The notes under the pieces were generated by a model. The model made no database searches, had not been told where the DNA came from, and saw only the letters and a program-made list of their open reading frames with translations. From Atractiella rhizophila (lineage: Eukaryota), in the NCBI GenBank assembly GCA_021432655.1, contig MU271600.1, positions 7,439-40,579 on the forward strand: 33,141 nucleotides of DNA, given 5' to 3'. The first letter of the stretch is position 1. Every line of letters starts with the position of its first letter. Shown piece by piece: positions 1 through 11,987 of the stretch. The translations under genes were made by a program, and so were the position numbers.

Positions 1-585
1 TACCTCTCAAACCTTTCTTTCTTACACCTCTTCCATTGCGTTGCCTTATCTCCACATTTTCCGGAGTGCCAATTCAAGCTCTCAAAACTGGAAGTGGACG
101 ACATCTTGTGGAAGGAAAGCGACGGCGTCTTCAAACTTTTACACAACTCATCAGCATCATTATCCGAATTCGAATTTTCGAAGTATAGCCCCCAGCGCCT
201 TCCCCGACTGCTTTATCTCTACTGTGGAGGACGAAACAATCCTAACCCTACATTGGTCGATACTTTCAGATTACTAAACTCCAGAATAAACAGTGTGGGG
301 TTTTACCAGCGCCTTCATCGGCCTTTTGAATCCGCACAGGGGGATCTGAAAAATGGTCATATATCATTTGGTGGGCATGAAGCAGTGCCCGACATCCTGG
401 CTGCGTTGATCACTGCAATTGTGGAAGGATCACTCCCTTCTTTAAAGGGTGTTTCCGTGAGAGGAGAGATTGACAACGAAGCGATGGAGACGCTTTATCG
501 CTTAGGAACTGAACATCAATTTGAAGTCCAAAGTATGTCCGTTCTCACGAACAGTGACTGCAGGGCTGATCGTTATCGAACCTAA
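1..585 (+). CDS. F-box/LRR-like family protein, C-terminal part (5' end outside window); paralog of 14776-16143
   Basis: Frame is open from base 1 (YLSNLSFLHLFHCVALSPHFPECQFKLSKLEVDDILWKESDGVFKLLHNS...YCGGRNNPNPTLVDTFR...EGSLPSLK...EAMETLYRLGTEHQFEVQ). It is collinear with the C-terminal ~190 aa of the 455-aa ORF. Stop TAA at 583-585. Confidence 0.85.
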   Translation, partial: YLSNLSFLHLFHCVALSPHFPECQFKLSKLEVDDILWKESDGVFKLLHNSSASLSEFEFSKYSPQRLPRLLYLYCGGRNNPNPTLVDTFRLLNSRINSVGFYQRLHRPFESAQGDLKNGHISFGGHEAVPDILAALITAIVEGSLPSLKGVSVRGEIDNEAMETLYRLGTEHQFEVQSMSVLTNSDCRADRYRT

Positions 586-1355
586 AGAGTACAGCAATGT
601 GCCTAGGCCTCCTCGTCGCCGGTTGGATCGCCAGCGCAATTGATAATAAAACGTGAACTCAAAATACTGGCCATCTGATGAATTGAATCCGCTTGAGCGT
701 TGTGATCCCTTGGCCGTGAGTTTCTCCAAGGTCATTGGTATTGGTACGTGACTGGTTAACGATTTTGGGAGACCTCGGTAACGGAAATCTTTAATTACTA
801 AATGCCAGCGGTCTGAATGGTCTGAAATCGAGTGTTTACGAAGTTGTTCTTAACTACTATGTAAATTCTGAACGTTATTAATTAACAGGTAGTTACGCTG
901 GACTACGGATAGTATTTAAGAGATGCACACTCTTCTTTCGAGCGGCTTTCATTGCGAAGGATGAACATGATTGTACGACACTCCGTTTCGTCCTTTCATA
1001 CTCAACGTGCTAAGGCGTGCAATTGAAGATCAAACCTACGTAGAAAAGAAAACAACGCGTCATCGAGTAAACATCAGCAAGGAAGTGAGGATTGAGGAAC
1101 TGGATATGATGCCGTTACGTTCTGCAATCCACTCGCTCCATGACCCAACGGTCAGAAGGTGAAATAAATGGCAAGATTGGAAAGTCCCAACTCCTTTTCT
1201 CAGTGCTCGTCGCGTCGACCACCCTGACCTAAAATTTGGTCAATATCGCTTATGAGGGAAAGACAATGAATTTCACGACAGATTGTAAAAACCAAGATAA
1301 GGCCCGACAGACGAGGGACATCTTGGGACTTCCCCGACTTCTACATGTCCCCTTA

Positions 1356-2262
1356 TCAAGAGCCCATGTTTATTGGAACCAGACAGGAGATGTAGGTCAC
1401 CACACGAAAAGAAATGGATTCTTGTGCCCAGAAACTGGAACTATCCAGAACCCTTTGGATGGATAATAATGCACATGCGTACTTGAGGAGCATTCCCTCT
1501 ACTTCGCAATAGTCCTCTCTAACAATCATAACCCGAAGCTCTCTCCAGTGTTTCATCCATTCATTTTGACTGATAGCCACTGTGCACCTATTGCCGCTTG
1601 ATTCTCCAAATCCAATCCTTCAGCTCCAGCCCTCAACGTCGCTGCCTCAACTGACTCAACCACACCTTTGCGCAGTCATTCACGTGATTTCTTGCAACTT
1701 GGGATTTCCTTCGCAGGAACGGCGAATCCGCGAAGAGTTGTGTACTGTTGTCTTCATTATTCTGTGGGGGAGTGATTGGCGCAGCATTTTGCTTGAACGA
1801 ATATCGGGTGCCTTTCTTTCCAACCAATAGCCAGTCCCGTTCAACCAGAGAGACTGTGGACGCGACAAGATGACCTCTCGTCCGGCTTCTCCAAGGATTC
1901 GCTGGCCAAATATAAAGCTCGGTCTTTCCGACGCCTCATGGGTCGGACGCATGAGTTCCATGGACGACCTGAAAGTTCTCTGCGTCCGTCTCTTTCCTTT
2001 TCGTCGCCTTCCCTCCTCTGCCTCAGGAACTTGCTGATGATGAGCGTGAGAACAGCACGCCGCAGGTACGCGACACCTCCCATCCCTCAGAATTCCAGCG
2101 GTCCCAGAGTCCAAAGCCGTATACACCGTCTCGCTCAAGGGAAGCATGAGAGCTGTCGAAGGCACATGGTGGATCATTAACGAGTATAAGGCACCAGGGA
2201 GGTGGAATTGGGTCGATCAGGGCGAATGGTTCGTCTTCTTCGGGCTGTCTTGCTCCGCGCAT
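1356..2262 (-). CDS. Possible multi-exon hypothetical gene (structure unresolved)
   Basis: Protein-like minus-strand segments (IGFGESSGNRCTVAISQNEWMKHWRELRVMIVREDYCEVEGMLL) are bounded by plausible splice sites. No recognisable domain and no consistent full model. Confidence 0.25.
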
Positions 2263-2287
2263 TAATCATTAGGAGTGCAGGTCCAGC

Positions 2288-3499
2288 ATGACAACTCAAG
2301 GGTATTCATACTTGTACCATTCCACGAAGATCCCTCATTTGCGTCGACATCATTACAACATCGTCTACACTCCCTCCTCAGATCAATCCTCCTCGTCTCA
2401 ACTTGAAGGTCCTTCAAATACCCGCCATCATCCTTCTCACGATTATGGTTCCTCGTCAGCGAATCAGCAACCGCAACAACAGAAACGAGTCTCCCTTTGG
2501 CTGATCCATTACGAACGACTGTCTACCACTTCCCGTCTACTCGATATCAGGAATTCTGAATTTTACGATCCCATCGTGCGCACACAGGCACATGAACTCA
2601 GTTGGTACATGATCAAAAGCGTGGCCGTCAACGAGGAGAGCATGAGGCAGGATGTGGATGGACAGAGGCAGGCAGTTGTTCCTGCTTTAGACGTCCCAGA
2701 AACTGCAGACGACAGAGAGGCGTGGACATCCCCGGCACCTCCGGCACTACGAAACGAGCGTCCTCCCGCCTCCTCCACTTTCGCGAACGACATCCCGATG
2801 CAGGTGGACGAAGAGGATTCATTCCACTCCGTCCTCTCCCATCCTCCTACCAGCAATCCAAATCCTCACTCCTCTCACAATTACAACTACAACAGAAACA
2901 ACAATTCGAACAACCGCGGACCTTCTACCTACGTAGACAAACCATCCACATACGGTGGACTACCACCTGAACCGCCGCCGTACGGTCACTCCCCACCAGC
3001 TCCAGTTCCCACGCAACTCCAACTCCAAAACCTCGCTCGTCTCGTCACTGGAGCAAGTACGTCTTCAGCAGGCGCTCCACCAGAATCTTTCTCCTCGCAC
3101 AACGCCAACAAGGGCCAGAAACCTGACCAAAATCGGAATTCACCGATGACGGAAGACGACTTATTACTTTCTGACCTACATGCCCGCGTCCTACCTCCGA
3201 TTCATCGCCCAGACCTTTCTACAGATGACGAGGATTCGGTGGACATCGACGCACACCTTAATGCCTGTCTCATATGGGAGACTAAGGTCGAAGTCGGGGG
3301 TGACGATTGGCCGGATAAGTGGCACTTTGGACGTTCAGAGACAGGGGCAGAGGCGGACGAAGGCGGGTTCGGGTTCGGACCGGTTGGGAAGGATGGGAGG
3401 AGGGTGGCGGATGTTCATACGCATTTGTTACTCGGAAAGGAGGAGGAAGAGAAGTTTAGGAGGTTTAAGAGACGTATGGCTATGAATAGGGAGAAGTGA
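2288..3499 (+). CDS. Hypothetical protein, 403 aa, with a low-complexity P/S/N-rich middle
   Basis: Long ATG-initiated ORF. Apparently ordered N-terminal (SLWLIHYERL...ELSWYMIKSV) and C-terminal (HLNACLIWETKVEV...WHFGRSE) blocks flank a disordered region. Confidence 0.7.
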   Translation: MTTQGYSYLYHSTKIPHLRRHHYNIVYTPSSDQSSSSQLEGPSNTRHHPSHDYGSSSANQQPQQQKRVSLWLIHYERLSTTSRLLDIRNSEFYDPIVRTQAHELSWYMIKSVAVNEESMRQDVDGQRQAVVPALDVPETADDREAWTSPAPPALRNERPPASSTFANDIPMQVDEEDSFHSVLSHPPTSNPNPHSSHNYNYNRNNNSNNRGPSTYVDKPSTYGGLPPEPPPYGHSPPAPVPTQLQLQNLARLVTGASTSSAGAPPESFSSHNANKGQKPDQNRNSPMTEDDLLLSDLHARVLPPIHRPDLSTDDEDSVDIDAHLNACLIWETKVEVGGDDWPDKWHFGRSETGAEADEGGFGFGPVGKDGRRVADVHTHLLLGKEEEEKFRRFKRRMAMNREK

Positions 3500-4068
3500 C
3501 TTGGCTGCTGTATCTCTGTTTGTTCTCTGTCTGTGCATAGCGAGTTGTGGATGAAAAAGAGGATTGTTTGTATTTCTAACGGAGAGCACATGATATATTC
3601 CATCATACAACGCAGAGTTAACGTGAAGAACCATCCTACTGAAATCAAATCACAAAGTCCACCACTTTCCTGCAGATTTTCTGTTATGCCAAAGTTAAGC
3701 TCTATAAACACTGGCACATCGGACGTTGCAATGGGATTTTACCTCAACTGGAAGCCAATACGGCTACACTTGCTTGAATACCATCAGTTGCAGGAACCGC
3801 TTATTCTTCTAAGAGTAAATTACATGCGCATCACACAACTTTCAACGTCAAGCCAAGCACGATCAAACAACGACCCAAGGAGGACACAAACCAAAAATGA
3901 CAAAAAGCGACGTGCAACATCAGCAAAATCACATCACGACTTCAACATCCACTTCAAACGTGAACCTGCGAGACAATGAACCGAATAAAATATGCGACCT
4001 ATATTCCGCTCCTGCTTCTTCTATCCTATTCGTCATCGGACACCAGAAGGGCAGAAGAACAGATCGAA

Positions 4069-5883
4069 TCAAACAGTCTTCTTCTTCAGCTTGATCTTTA
4101 CCTCCTCTCCCCTCTGAAACGGCGTTCCATAATTCCTTCCAACCCAATCTATCATCCAATTCATCCATCAGCACATGATCATACAGGGGGATAGGGTGGG
4201 GGGAGGGGGGAAAACGTACCAGCCCAAGCCCCTACTCCGTCGACTCCATCCCCTTCTTCCAGACCTACAAACTCGATGTCGTAGTCCCTTGCCAGACCGG
4301 CAAAGAATCGATCGACCATCATGAACCGTGCGAGTTTCTCTCCAGGGCAGGCGTGTTGTCCTAATATTGATGAAATCAATCAGCCCTTATCTCCTAACAG
4401 CAGAAGGCGCTGCGAGTAACAGAAGGGAGAATAGACGGACCAATTCCAAATTGGTAGAATTCGCAGTTCTTGATCCACCTCTGATATTTGAAGTCTTCCT
4501 TCTTCACTCCTCCCGCCTCCTCCTCCGCCTCCTCCAAGAATCTCTCCGGCCGCCACTCCTCCGGCTTCTCAAACACATTCTCATCATGTCCAGAAGCGAG
4601 TGGTGAGCAAACAATGGTAGTTCCAGGGGGCACAGAAGTATTGAGCACCTGTACGTATTTTCTGGTGCTCGTAAGACGGAGGACGGTGAGGAGGGAATAG
4701 AGACGACCAGTCTCCCTCATACAAGCATCCATGAACGGTTTTCCTCCCATCTTATCCTCCTCCCCCACCCTCTCCGCAGCCTCCAATTCCTCCCTCCATC
4801 TCTCCAACGTGCCTTTCTTCGAATAAGCGTGCAGGACCGTCCAACACATGGTCGGGACGAGATTGGCCCAGAAGGCGAAGAGCGTGATGAGTATCAGACC
4901 GGCGAACGATTCGGAGTACTTCTGCTCGTGTACCGTGGTGAGGTAGTAGAGGAAATCTGGACGTTCTTCGTGTTTCTCCCGCTCCGCATAGATCCCTCTC
5001 AACTCCCCTCGAATCATGTCTTGCAACCTCGTAACCGCACCATTGACCCTCCTACCTCCTTCAAAAAGTCCCCAGAGCGAATAAGGCACGAAACGGATCC
5101 TCCAATCCAACGGTCCCTCCTCGAAATCAGCCATGATTTGGAGCAGTTCCTCCATGTGAGCGGTGGCGAAGGTCCGTCCGAACATGACGGTGAAGCCGTG
5201 GGCGTGGGCGAGGTCGGAGGTGGAGGAGAAGAAGTCGACACCGTCCGGTGAGCTTGCCCAGCGCGAGAAGTGGGTCGAACAGATCGAGGAGACGGATTCG
5301 GTCAGGACGGAGTGTCGTCCTGGTCCTAGAAGACCGGTGCGGATCGACTTCGCTGCGCCGTTGAACCAGTTGTTGGGCGTCTCGACGGCTGGACACCATT
5401 CGCAAGGTCAGTCATCAGCGCTTCGGAGTACGAAACTGAGGCCTTTAGATCTCTTTAGGTCAGGATGATGCGGAGGATTGAGTAGCATATATAATCCATG
5501 GTCTTGTATACGGAAAACAAAGACGGAGGCTATGGGAGAATGAAAGACATACTTTTCTCGATATGCCTCCCAAATACCAATGGCACATACTTGAAGAAGC
5601 TAGCCTCCTCCTCCTTCAAATTCGCCAAAGCCATAGTGCCTTTCGGTCCGACGAAGAAGACCCACTTCCAAATGAGCAGATCCATGGTGAAGGCCTCGCC
5701 GTACTCCTCCCTCGCCTTCTGCAAGAAGGCGATTGGGTCCGCCGCGTACTCCTTGAGTTTGGCGAAGCGGTTGAAGGGCGAGAACCCCCCGACGGTGGGG
5801 ATCCTGCCGAGTGGTGCGTTCCAGACATAGAAGCGGTAGACGATGTAGACGAGGACGAAGAGGGGCAGATAGAGATAGGACAT
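4069..5883 (-). CDS. Cytochrome P450 (CYP7/CYP51-clan-like), ~499 aa; exons complement(5553-5883, 4441-5388, 4220-4360, 4069-4148)
   Basis: N-terminal TM anchor followed by a Pro/Gly hinge, ExxR (ETGR), PEEWRPERF, and heme motif FGIGQHACPG rebuilt across intron 4361-4440. Three GT-AG introns give an in-frame 1500-nt CDS. Confidence 0.92.
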
Positions 5884-6841
5884 GTTCAGGGTGCCAGTGG
5901 GATGTTAGGGATTTTTGATAATTCTGGCTGAGAAGAAGCTGAATGGTCGTTTTGAGGAGGAAGGCATTGTTGGTCATTGTTGTTGCATCCTTTGTTGAGA
6001 AATCAGCTTGATCGCTCGATCATTGTTCCGTGGCCTGTTCCCGCAGCACTCCTACCACAATCCAGGGGACAGAACCTTGTCGCGGTTTGCCAAATATCAC
6101 AGGAAAGTTGTCAGAACGTTCGAGTGCGTGTGGTGGAGTTGTGGACAATGTCCAGGTGTAGAGGGGAGGGGCATGGATAGTGTCAAAACCGGTACCGCGG
6201 TAGTAGATATTCCAAGGGGGCTACTTTTCTCTGAACTTACGGTGTGAGATAAAGATGGGCGTGGCAGGTGTCTCACAATGTTGAAACTCGTACAAACTTC
6301 TGTGTCTCAATCGCTAGAGACCCGTGGAGTGCATGTTTGAAAAAAAGGAAGAGATACTTCTCGGTCATGCTTTCATGCCATGATGTCGATTTTTTGGATG
6401 ATGTAGTATGGTAGCATTCTGTCTAAAACATCCATTTTTCCGCAAAGCGGTGAATAGAAAGGCATCAGCTGGCCACAAGTGATTTCACAGTCAGTTTGAC
6501 CTTTTTGGTTGCACCGTTATGGGGGATACTCTGAAATGACGGAGGTTAAGTTCTTTGTTGTGCTCTCGCTGGCTAGGACTCCCAGTGGACCCAGGAATGC
6601 GCGGTATTAGCCTTGAACTGCAGCCCAGTCGTTTAGTGGCCAGATTTCAGCAATAAGCTCGCACCAGTCCGGTGTCGAAACAGATAAATCATTTTCAGAT
6701 AATCATTAATCATTTCTTGTATTGTTTGATAAAGACAAGTGAAAGTCAATGAAACCTACGCGACAAAGCACATCACATTTAATGTGATTATGATGGCCAC
6801 AAACGGTTAAAAGCAAGGCTGTTACTTGTAATCTTGTCAAT

Positions 6842-8247
6842 TTATCCCTGCCTGGCGGCTTGAATAGCGAGGCAGAGCCCCCAAACAGAAGTAACAGTTT
6901 GGATCAATGTGCAAATTCCAACAATTACCGCAAATAAACTACCCCAAAATAAGAACGGCTGTTCTCTCATGTTCCGACTGATGTCTCGCTTCAAACGCTG
7001 GTGGAACGAATTTCGGTACCTGAGCAGCCGCTCCAACTTGTCTATCCTGCTTGCCAAAATCTTGGGGGGAATCAGACACGGAATCAGACAAGGAATGGGA
7101 ACGAAGGTGCTAAGTTAAGGCCTCACGTTTGGTTTGTCGTCTTTCGGCCCCCTGCTCAAAGTAAGGACTTTGAGGCGGAACTCCACCTCATCCGAGTCTG
7201 GTAAGAGCTGGTGAGCTTTGGCCAACTGGTATGTGTGTTTGGTCCCATAAAGCGCGTGCAGCGATCCCAGGACTTCATTGCCTAGGGATTGAACGCCTAG
7301 CGCGCTAGAAAACAAGGTCAGATTAAGGTTGTGACTAGGAGACAGAAAGAGACCAGACATTGCAAGTCGATTGCGGTTGAACTGATAGAGGATGAATATA
7401 TCGTCATGGTCAGGTCTGAAAATCAGGACTTCGTTCTTCGCAATCGTCAAGTGCTCATGTACTCTCACCGTAGGAGTTACTCTCAACCCTGTGGCTAGAA
7501 TATCTTCAAGGCTAATTTTGAATGAGATGTGATTGTTTCTCCTCCTGATTGGCGGAAAGAGGGAATAAAATGCGTCTTTAAATGTCGAACCTGACATGAA
7601 ACAACTTTTGTCGTGGTCGTGGGGGTCGTGACAATTCAGGATATTGAAGAAGATACATCGTGGATTGTAAAATGACTAGTAAGATCACTGTAAAAGCCCA
7701 AGTTGGAGTTAAGGATCGAAATGACAGACAGTTTCATGCGGTTTATTATTGCTACATCTGAAGGTTTCACTAACTCCACGCAGATAAGCCTGGATACTTC
7801 CGTTCTTTTCATTTTCAATGAACTCGACAAGAGCTTTATGATATCGAACATATTCCTGCGGGCTTGGAACGGTTATATGACGAGGCATACCACAAAGTCG
7901 ATAATACGTTTCGATCGGATGAGGATCCTCGGCGGTGAAGGAAACAGGATTATTTTGGTCAGAGTATAGGGCCTCAATCAGGTCCTCCCTGTCTTTGCGC
8001 TTCCATGCAGCTGGAGCTGGCGTTTGACTAAGCAACGAGTCGAACCGGCCTGGGTTCACCGGATCACTTCTGATTCTGTAGCCAGACAATTAAGTACGGA
8101 TGAATAGCCAAAGGTGTTGGAGAGCCTACGCAGAAGAGGTGGCCTGCGAAGAAGATGCTTGGGCAGCCATGGATCACGACGAATTGTGCGAGGCTGAAGA
8201 TTGTGTAGCTGATATCTGAACTCTGCAGAGCTTGCACTTTCAGCCAT
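6842..8247 (-). CDS. Multi-exon fungal hypothetical protein with a C-terminal transmembrane helix (5' end uncertain)
   Basis: Successive minus-strand ORFs (7709-8089, 7115-7597, 6842-7057) can be joined by short introns. Central block ISLEDILATGLRVTPTVRVHEHLTI. C-terminal FWGSLFAVIVGICTLIQTVTSVW hydrophobic segment resembles fungal uncharacterised membrane-anchored families. Confidence 0.65.
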
Positions 8248-8415
8248 GGGATTATGAAGAGGAAAGCTTTTTCAAAATGCTTCAACTAGTGACATTAATG
8301 CAGGTCTTAGATATTTGGAAACCAGAGAATTCCTGAATCTCTTCCACTATACGGTACGAAGCATGGCAGACACAAATGACAGTCAAAGTTTGGGAAGGCA
8401 TTCGTGGGCATTTTC

Positions 8416-8520
8416 TCACAGGCGAATGTTTAATAATGCAGCGGACTCCCGATAATTGCCAGAAAGGTCCAGTCGACGCAAATTTGGCAACCGGGCATGC
8501 TGCGGCTCTGTCACAAACAC
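8416..8520 (-). pseudogene. Isolated leucine-rich-repeat fragment
   Basis: Translation LPNLRRLDLSGN is a canonical LRR motif (LxxLxxLxLxxN). The frame is followed by stops. Confidence 0.3.
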
Positions 8521-9429
8521 GACCCAGTCACTTCCGGTAGCAGCAGCCAACAACACTGGAAACAATTTGAACCAAGAAGCAAGATGGCAGGAAAAGAATA
8601 GAAAATGAAAGGAGCAAGATGGAACAAGTACACGAGAACACGCAGCCAATCCCCCACGAGGTGCTCTCCCTCCGAAGGCGAAGGGGAAAAAAGAGGCTGT
8701 TACCCCTTCAAAATTTTTTGCTTCAAGTTTCCATCCACTCTTTGCATTTTCTCAAGTAACATGTTGTTGTCACAGTTCCTCTTTCATTCATTCTCCCCTG
8801 CACTCTCCCGTTACCTGCCATCCGTTACCCTCCCTCCTACACCCTTCCCAGGCAAGATTTACCACCGTCCCCTCCTCTCTTTGGCACCTTTCACCCAGTG
8901 GGTGTTTAAACCCCTATCCCGCTGAAAAGAACACCCCTGTCCGTCGCCTACGTCATCCGTTGTTGGAAGAGGTCTGTTGCTTGGTTCTTTTCTGATCTCT
9001 TTCCCCACTTTCCGAACTGATATCTACAGCATAGCCCTTTCCCTCACCCGCTCCTTTCCGTTGCACCACCATTGCGTCAGCCCTCCCGCTTTTCCCGCTC
9101 ACATCGTCACCCTTCCTTTCACGTTCGCCGCTAACTAGCGTGCCTTCTCATATTCGCTCAAAGTCAATGCGCGAGTCGGAGAAGTGGTCACACAAAGGTA
9201 CAACATCTCCCCCCCCTTTCTTGACCTCTGCCTTTGCTTATCGCTGGGGATCGCGTTCGATCAACTGTGGCAATGGTGAGGGCAAAAGAGATATGCCTTA
9301 TTCTTCTCTTTCCTTTAAAACTAATGAATCGTGCTTTTCGCCCACTTAGCTCTCTTCATGCGTTTGCCACCTTATCTAAAGTGCCACGCTCCGGTTGCGC
9401 CGCTGCCCCGTCGCGCTCTCGCTGCCGTT

Positions 9430-9852
9430 CCAAATTCCAAAGCTACTGTCATTTCTCTAAGAGCTGTTGCATAACTCAGTATCATTATCTCTACTGTGGG
9501 GGACGAAGCAATCTCAGTCCGGCTATGTTGACGCCTTCAAAGCCATCAACCCCCGATAAATCATCGTCGACAATCTTCATTACTCAACTACATCCACGAA
9601 CGACACCGTACGAAGGAATCTCAAAAGCGACCAGTTATCATTTCTTTGGCCTGAAAGGACATCCGCATTGTAGCTGCATTAAATACTGCCATTACGGAAG
9701 GATCTCTCCCTTCCTTCAAGCATGTTTACTTCGAGTTGGATGAAAGGGAGGCGGTGGAGACATTTTACTGTCCCAGCACCGAATATCAATCGAGGTCAAA
9801 AGTTAGCTCCTTCGTGACGAACAGTGAACGGAGTACGGCTCATTATCAATAG
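9430..9852 (+). pseudogene. Degenerate copy of the F-box/LRR-like family (3' part)
   Basis: ctctactgtgggggacgaagcaatc matches ctctactgtggaggacgaaacaatc at ~217. Also ttgacgccttcaaagccatcaac, actgccattacggaaggatctctcccttcc and gacgaacagtga match. Multiple frameshifts and deletions. Confidence 0.8.
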
Positions 9853-10952
9853 GATCTGAATATTGAAAGAGTGATAGCACATGCTGAGGTTGTTCCCTGT
9901 CTGACCAATATGGACCAATATTATCCGAAATTACAACTGTTTGTGAACGCTTCAGCATTTTCGACGTCTGCTCAAGCTCTCCTACGAAGCAACTACGTAC
10001 GTGCACCTTTCCAGGCAGTCAGTTCAGATCCAGTCGGCCTGTGAATTCGAATGGACCAGAATGACGGCTAGATCACGTCATCCCTTGTATCCAAGAACCC
10101 TGAGTTGTGCCCTGTCACCAAGACTGGTTGTACCGCTCTTTAAAATGGACCATGGAACAGCCGAAAAAGGAAGAATGGACACAGTACAGTAGATCAACGT
10201 GTGCCACCAGTACACTTCGAACAACAGATACCAGTTTGAAATCAACTTGTCAAACGCATAGTTGACAGGAAAAAATTCGTTAATACTTGCATTTCGAACT
10301 TTGCGACTTCGATGCTTCAATTCTTGAAATACGGTGATCTATTCTTAGTTTTGAGAGTTGGAAATGTCACTCTGGAAATTTGGAGAAGAAGGAAGACAAC
10401 CGAAAGAAAACCCACCTCGAGGGACTAAGGTTACCCTTCTACGCTTTCAGAGAGTAAAGTAAGAGGTCCTCGATAGAGGTCGGAAGGTTACAGTTGACTG
10501 GAGCCGTTTGGAAAATCCATTCATCCAAACATAACAGGAAACTGATTCTGCTTCTAGTCTCCTCGTTAAGGTCTCCTCCCTGAGTGGTCACTTTTAAGTC
10601 CGTATGGGTGTCGGAGGGAAGGTGGAAGGTCAAGAGCTGGTCGCTTTTTGCCAGGAACATGGTGTGGAAAGGTGTCTTTAGGATCAAAGGACACTCCTCA
10701 TCGTTGTTCTCGATATGAAGGTTTCTAAGTATAGGAAACGGGGGAAAGTAGATGCGCCACCCGATGCATCTAAATCAAATCTAAAGCGTGAAGGGATTCA
10801 AGGTAGGATTCCGATCAGCGACATGGAAGTCGGATTTTCCATGGAGAGGCAGCTCTCAAATCGTTCATCAAACGGCCTCAAATAGCGAACGTTCTGGTTA
10901 TTCCGAGCACCGTATAATTTGGTGCTCACTCTCAAGTCTCGTTTCCTTCCAC

Positions 10953-11987
10953 TAAGGCATCGACACGGTCCACCGCGGGGGGACGCGGGGGTAACCGTGC
11001 GGTTTCGGGGCCCCCAAGTCCAGACCGCAATCCGTCCTCGTCTCCTTCGACGAGGACTCCGTACCCCCGGCGAGGAACCGTACGAGGAGGCGGGGAGCCC
11101 ACGGTGACGTGTATCAAAGGTGACAAAGTTGCGTAAACGTGGCTGTAATTGACTGCTGATTAGGGTACTAGTAAGATGTCATTAAAATAAAATGCAATTT
11201 GAATTTTAAATGTTCTCCGAAGTCTCATAGGGATATCACTTCCTTCTCATTGGTCTTTTGCTTCTTCTTAGGCCTTTTCTCCATCTTGTCTGCCTTCTCA
11301 GCCTTCAACATCCCTATAAGCCCAGGCAAACTGGGGAGCATGCCCTGCTCATGCCACAATCTCAACATGGTCTGAGAGCGGAAAGTCTCGTCTTTCATGG
11401 AAAGGCGGAGGAAAGTGGCAATTTCCCCTCCATCTGAGAAGCTACGTTCGATGTCGGCCGTGTGTGCTGATGTTCATGTGAGCCGCACGAGCAGATTGAC
11501 AACTAATTACTTACCAGCCAGCTGCCTCAGCATCATCGCCACTTTCATCATTCTCAGAGTCAGAGTGCAAACGTGACCGCTTTTCGACGGCAGAGGTGTC
11601 TGGGCTGGTGAGGTCTACAACATCATTTGAATGGGTGACAGGCTGTTGGCAGAGAGCGAGAGGAGGGGACATGTTGAGAGCGCAAGGATGGACGGACAAT
11701 GTTGCAAAAAAATTTGACCATACTATATAACATCATGCTCTAAGAACCACCAATCCTTGCTACCCTCGTAAATTCGTGGTTGTCTTCCCGCACTGTACCT
11801 CCACCCATAAACTCGTACCCTTGTCGATCCCCACGGTTGACCGCGGTTGCCATCTTGCTCACAACTCAAGACCATCACTCGCACCGTCTCACGGGGACAC
11901 AGCTGCCCCGTGGGGACACCCGTACGAGGTACGATCGTGGGCGGGGAGCACGGTCTTCGCGATAGTCAAAACCGTGTCGATGCCTTA
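10953..11987 (-). mobile_element. Non-autonomous (internally deleted) hAT-superfamily DNA transposon, 1035 bp
   Basis: Perfect 17-bp TIRs TAAGGCATCGACACGGT (10953-10969) and ACCGTGTCGATGCCTTA (11971-11987). 8-bp TSD CCTTCCAC at 10945-10952 and 11988-11995. GC-rich subterminal CACGGT/ACCGT repeats. Internal transposase C-terminal remnant. Confidence 0.93.
11225..11466 (-). pseudogene. hAT transposase last exon (C-terminal dimerisation domain remnant)
   Basis: After a CAG acceptor the frame reads HTADIERSFSDGGEIATFLRLSMKDETFRSQTMLRLWHEQG...KRPKKKQKTNEKEVISL*. This fits the ERxFSxxGxxxxxxRxS pattern of the hAT dimerisation domain, followed by a basic NLS-like tail. Not in the supplied ORF track. 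Confidence 0.85.

Noticed and set aside
8760..9130. Additional F-box N-terminal remnant (LSVAYVIRCWK) and similarity to the pyrimidine-rich minus strand of 12960-13400
   Set aside because: Similarity is weak and explainable by low-complexity C/T-rich composition.
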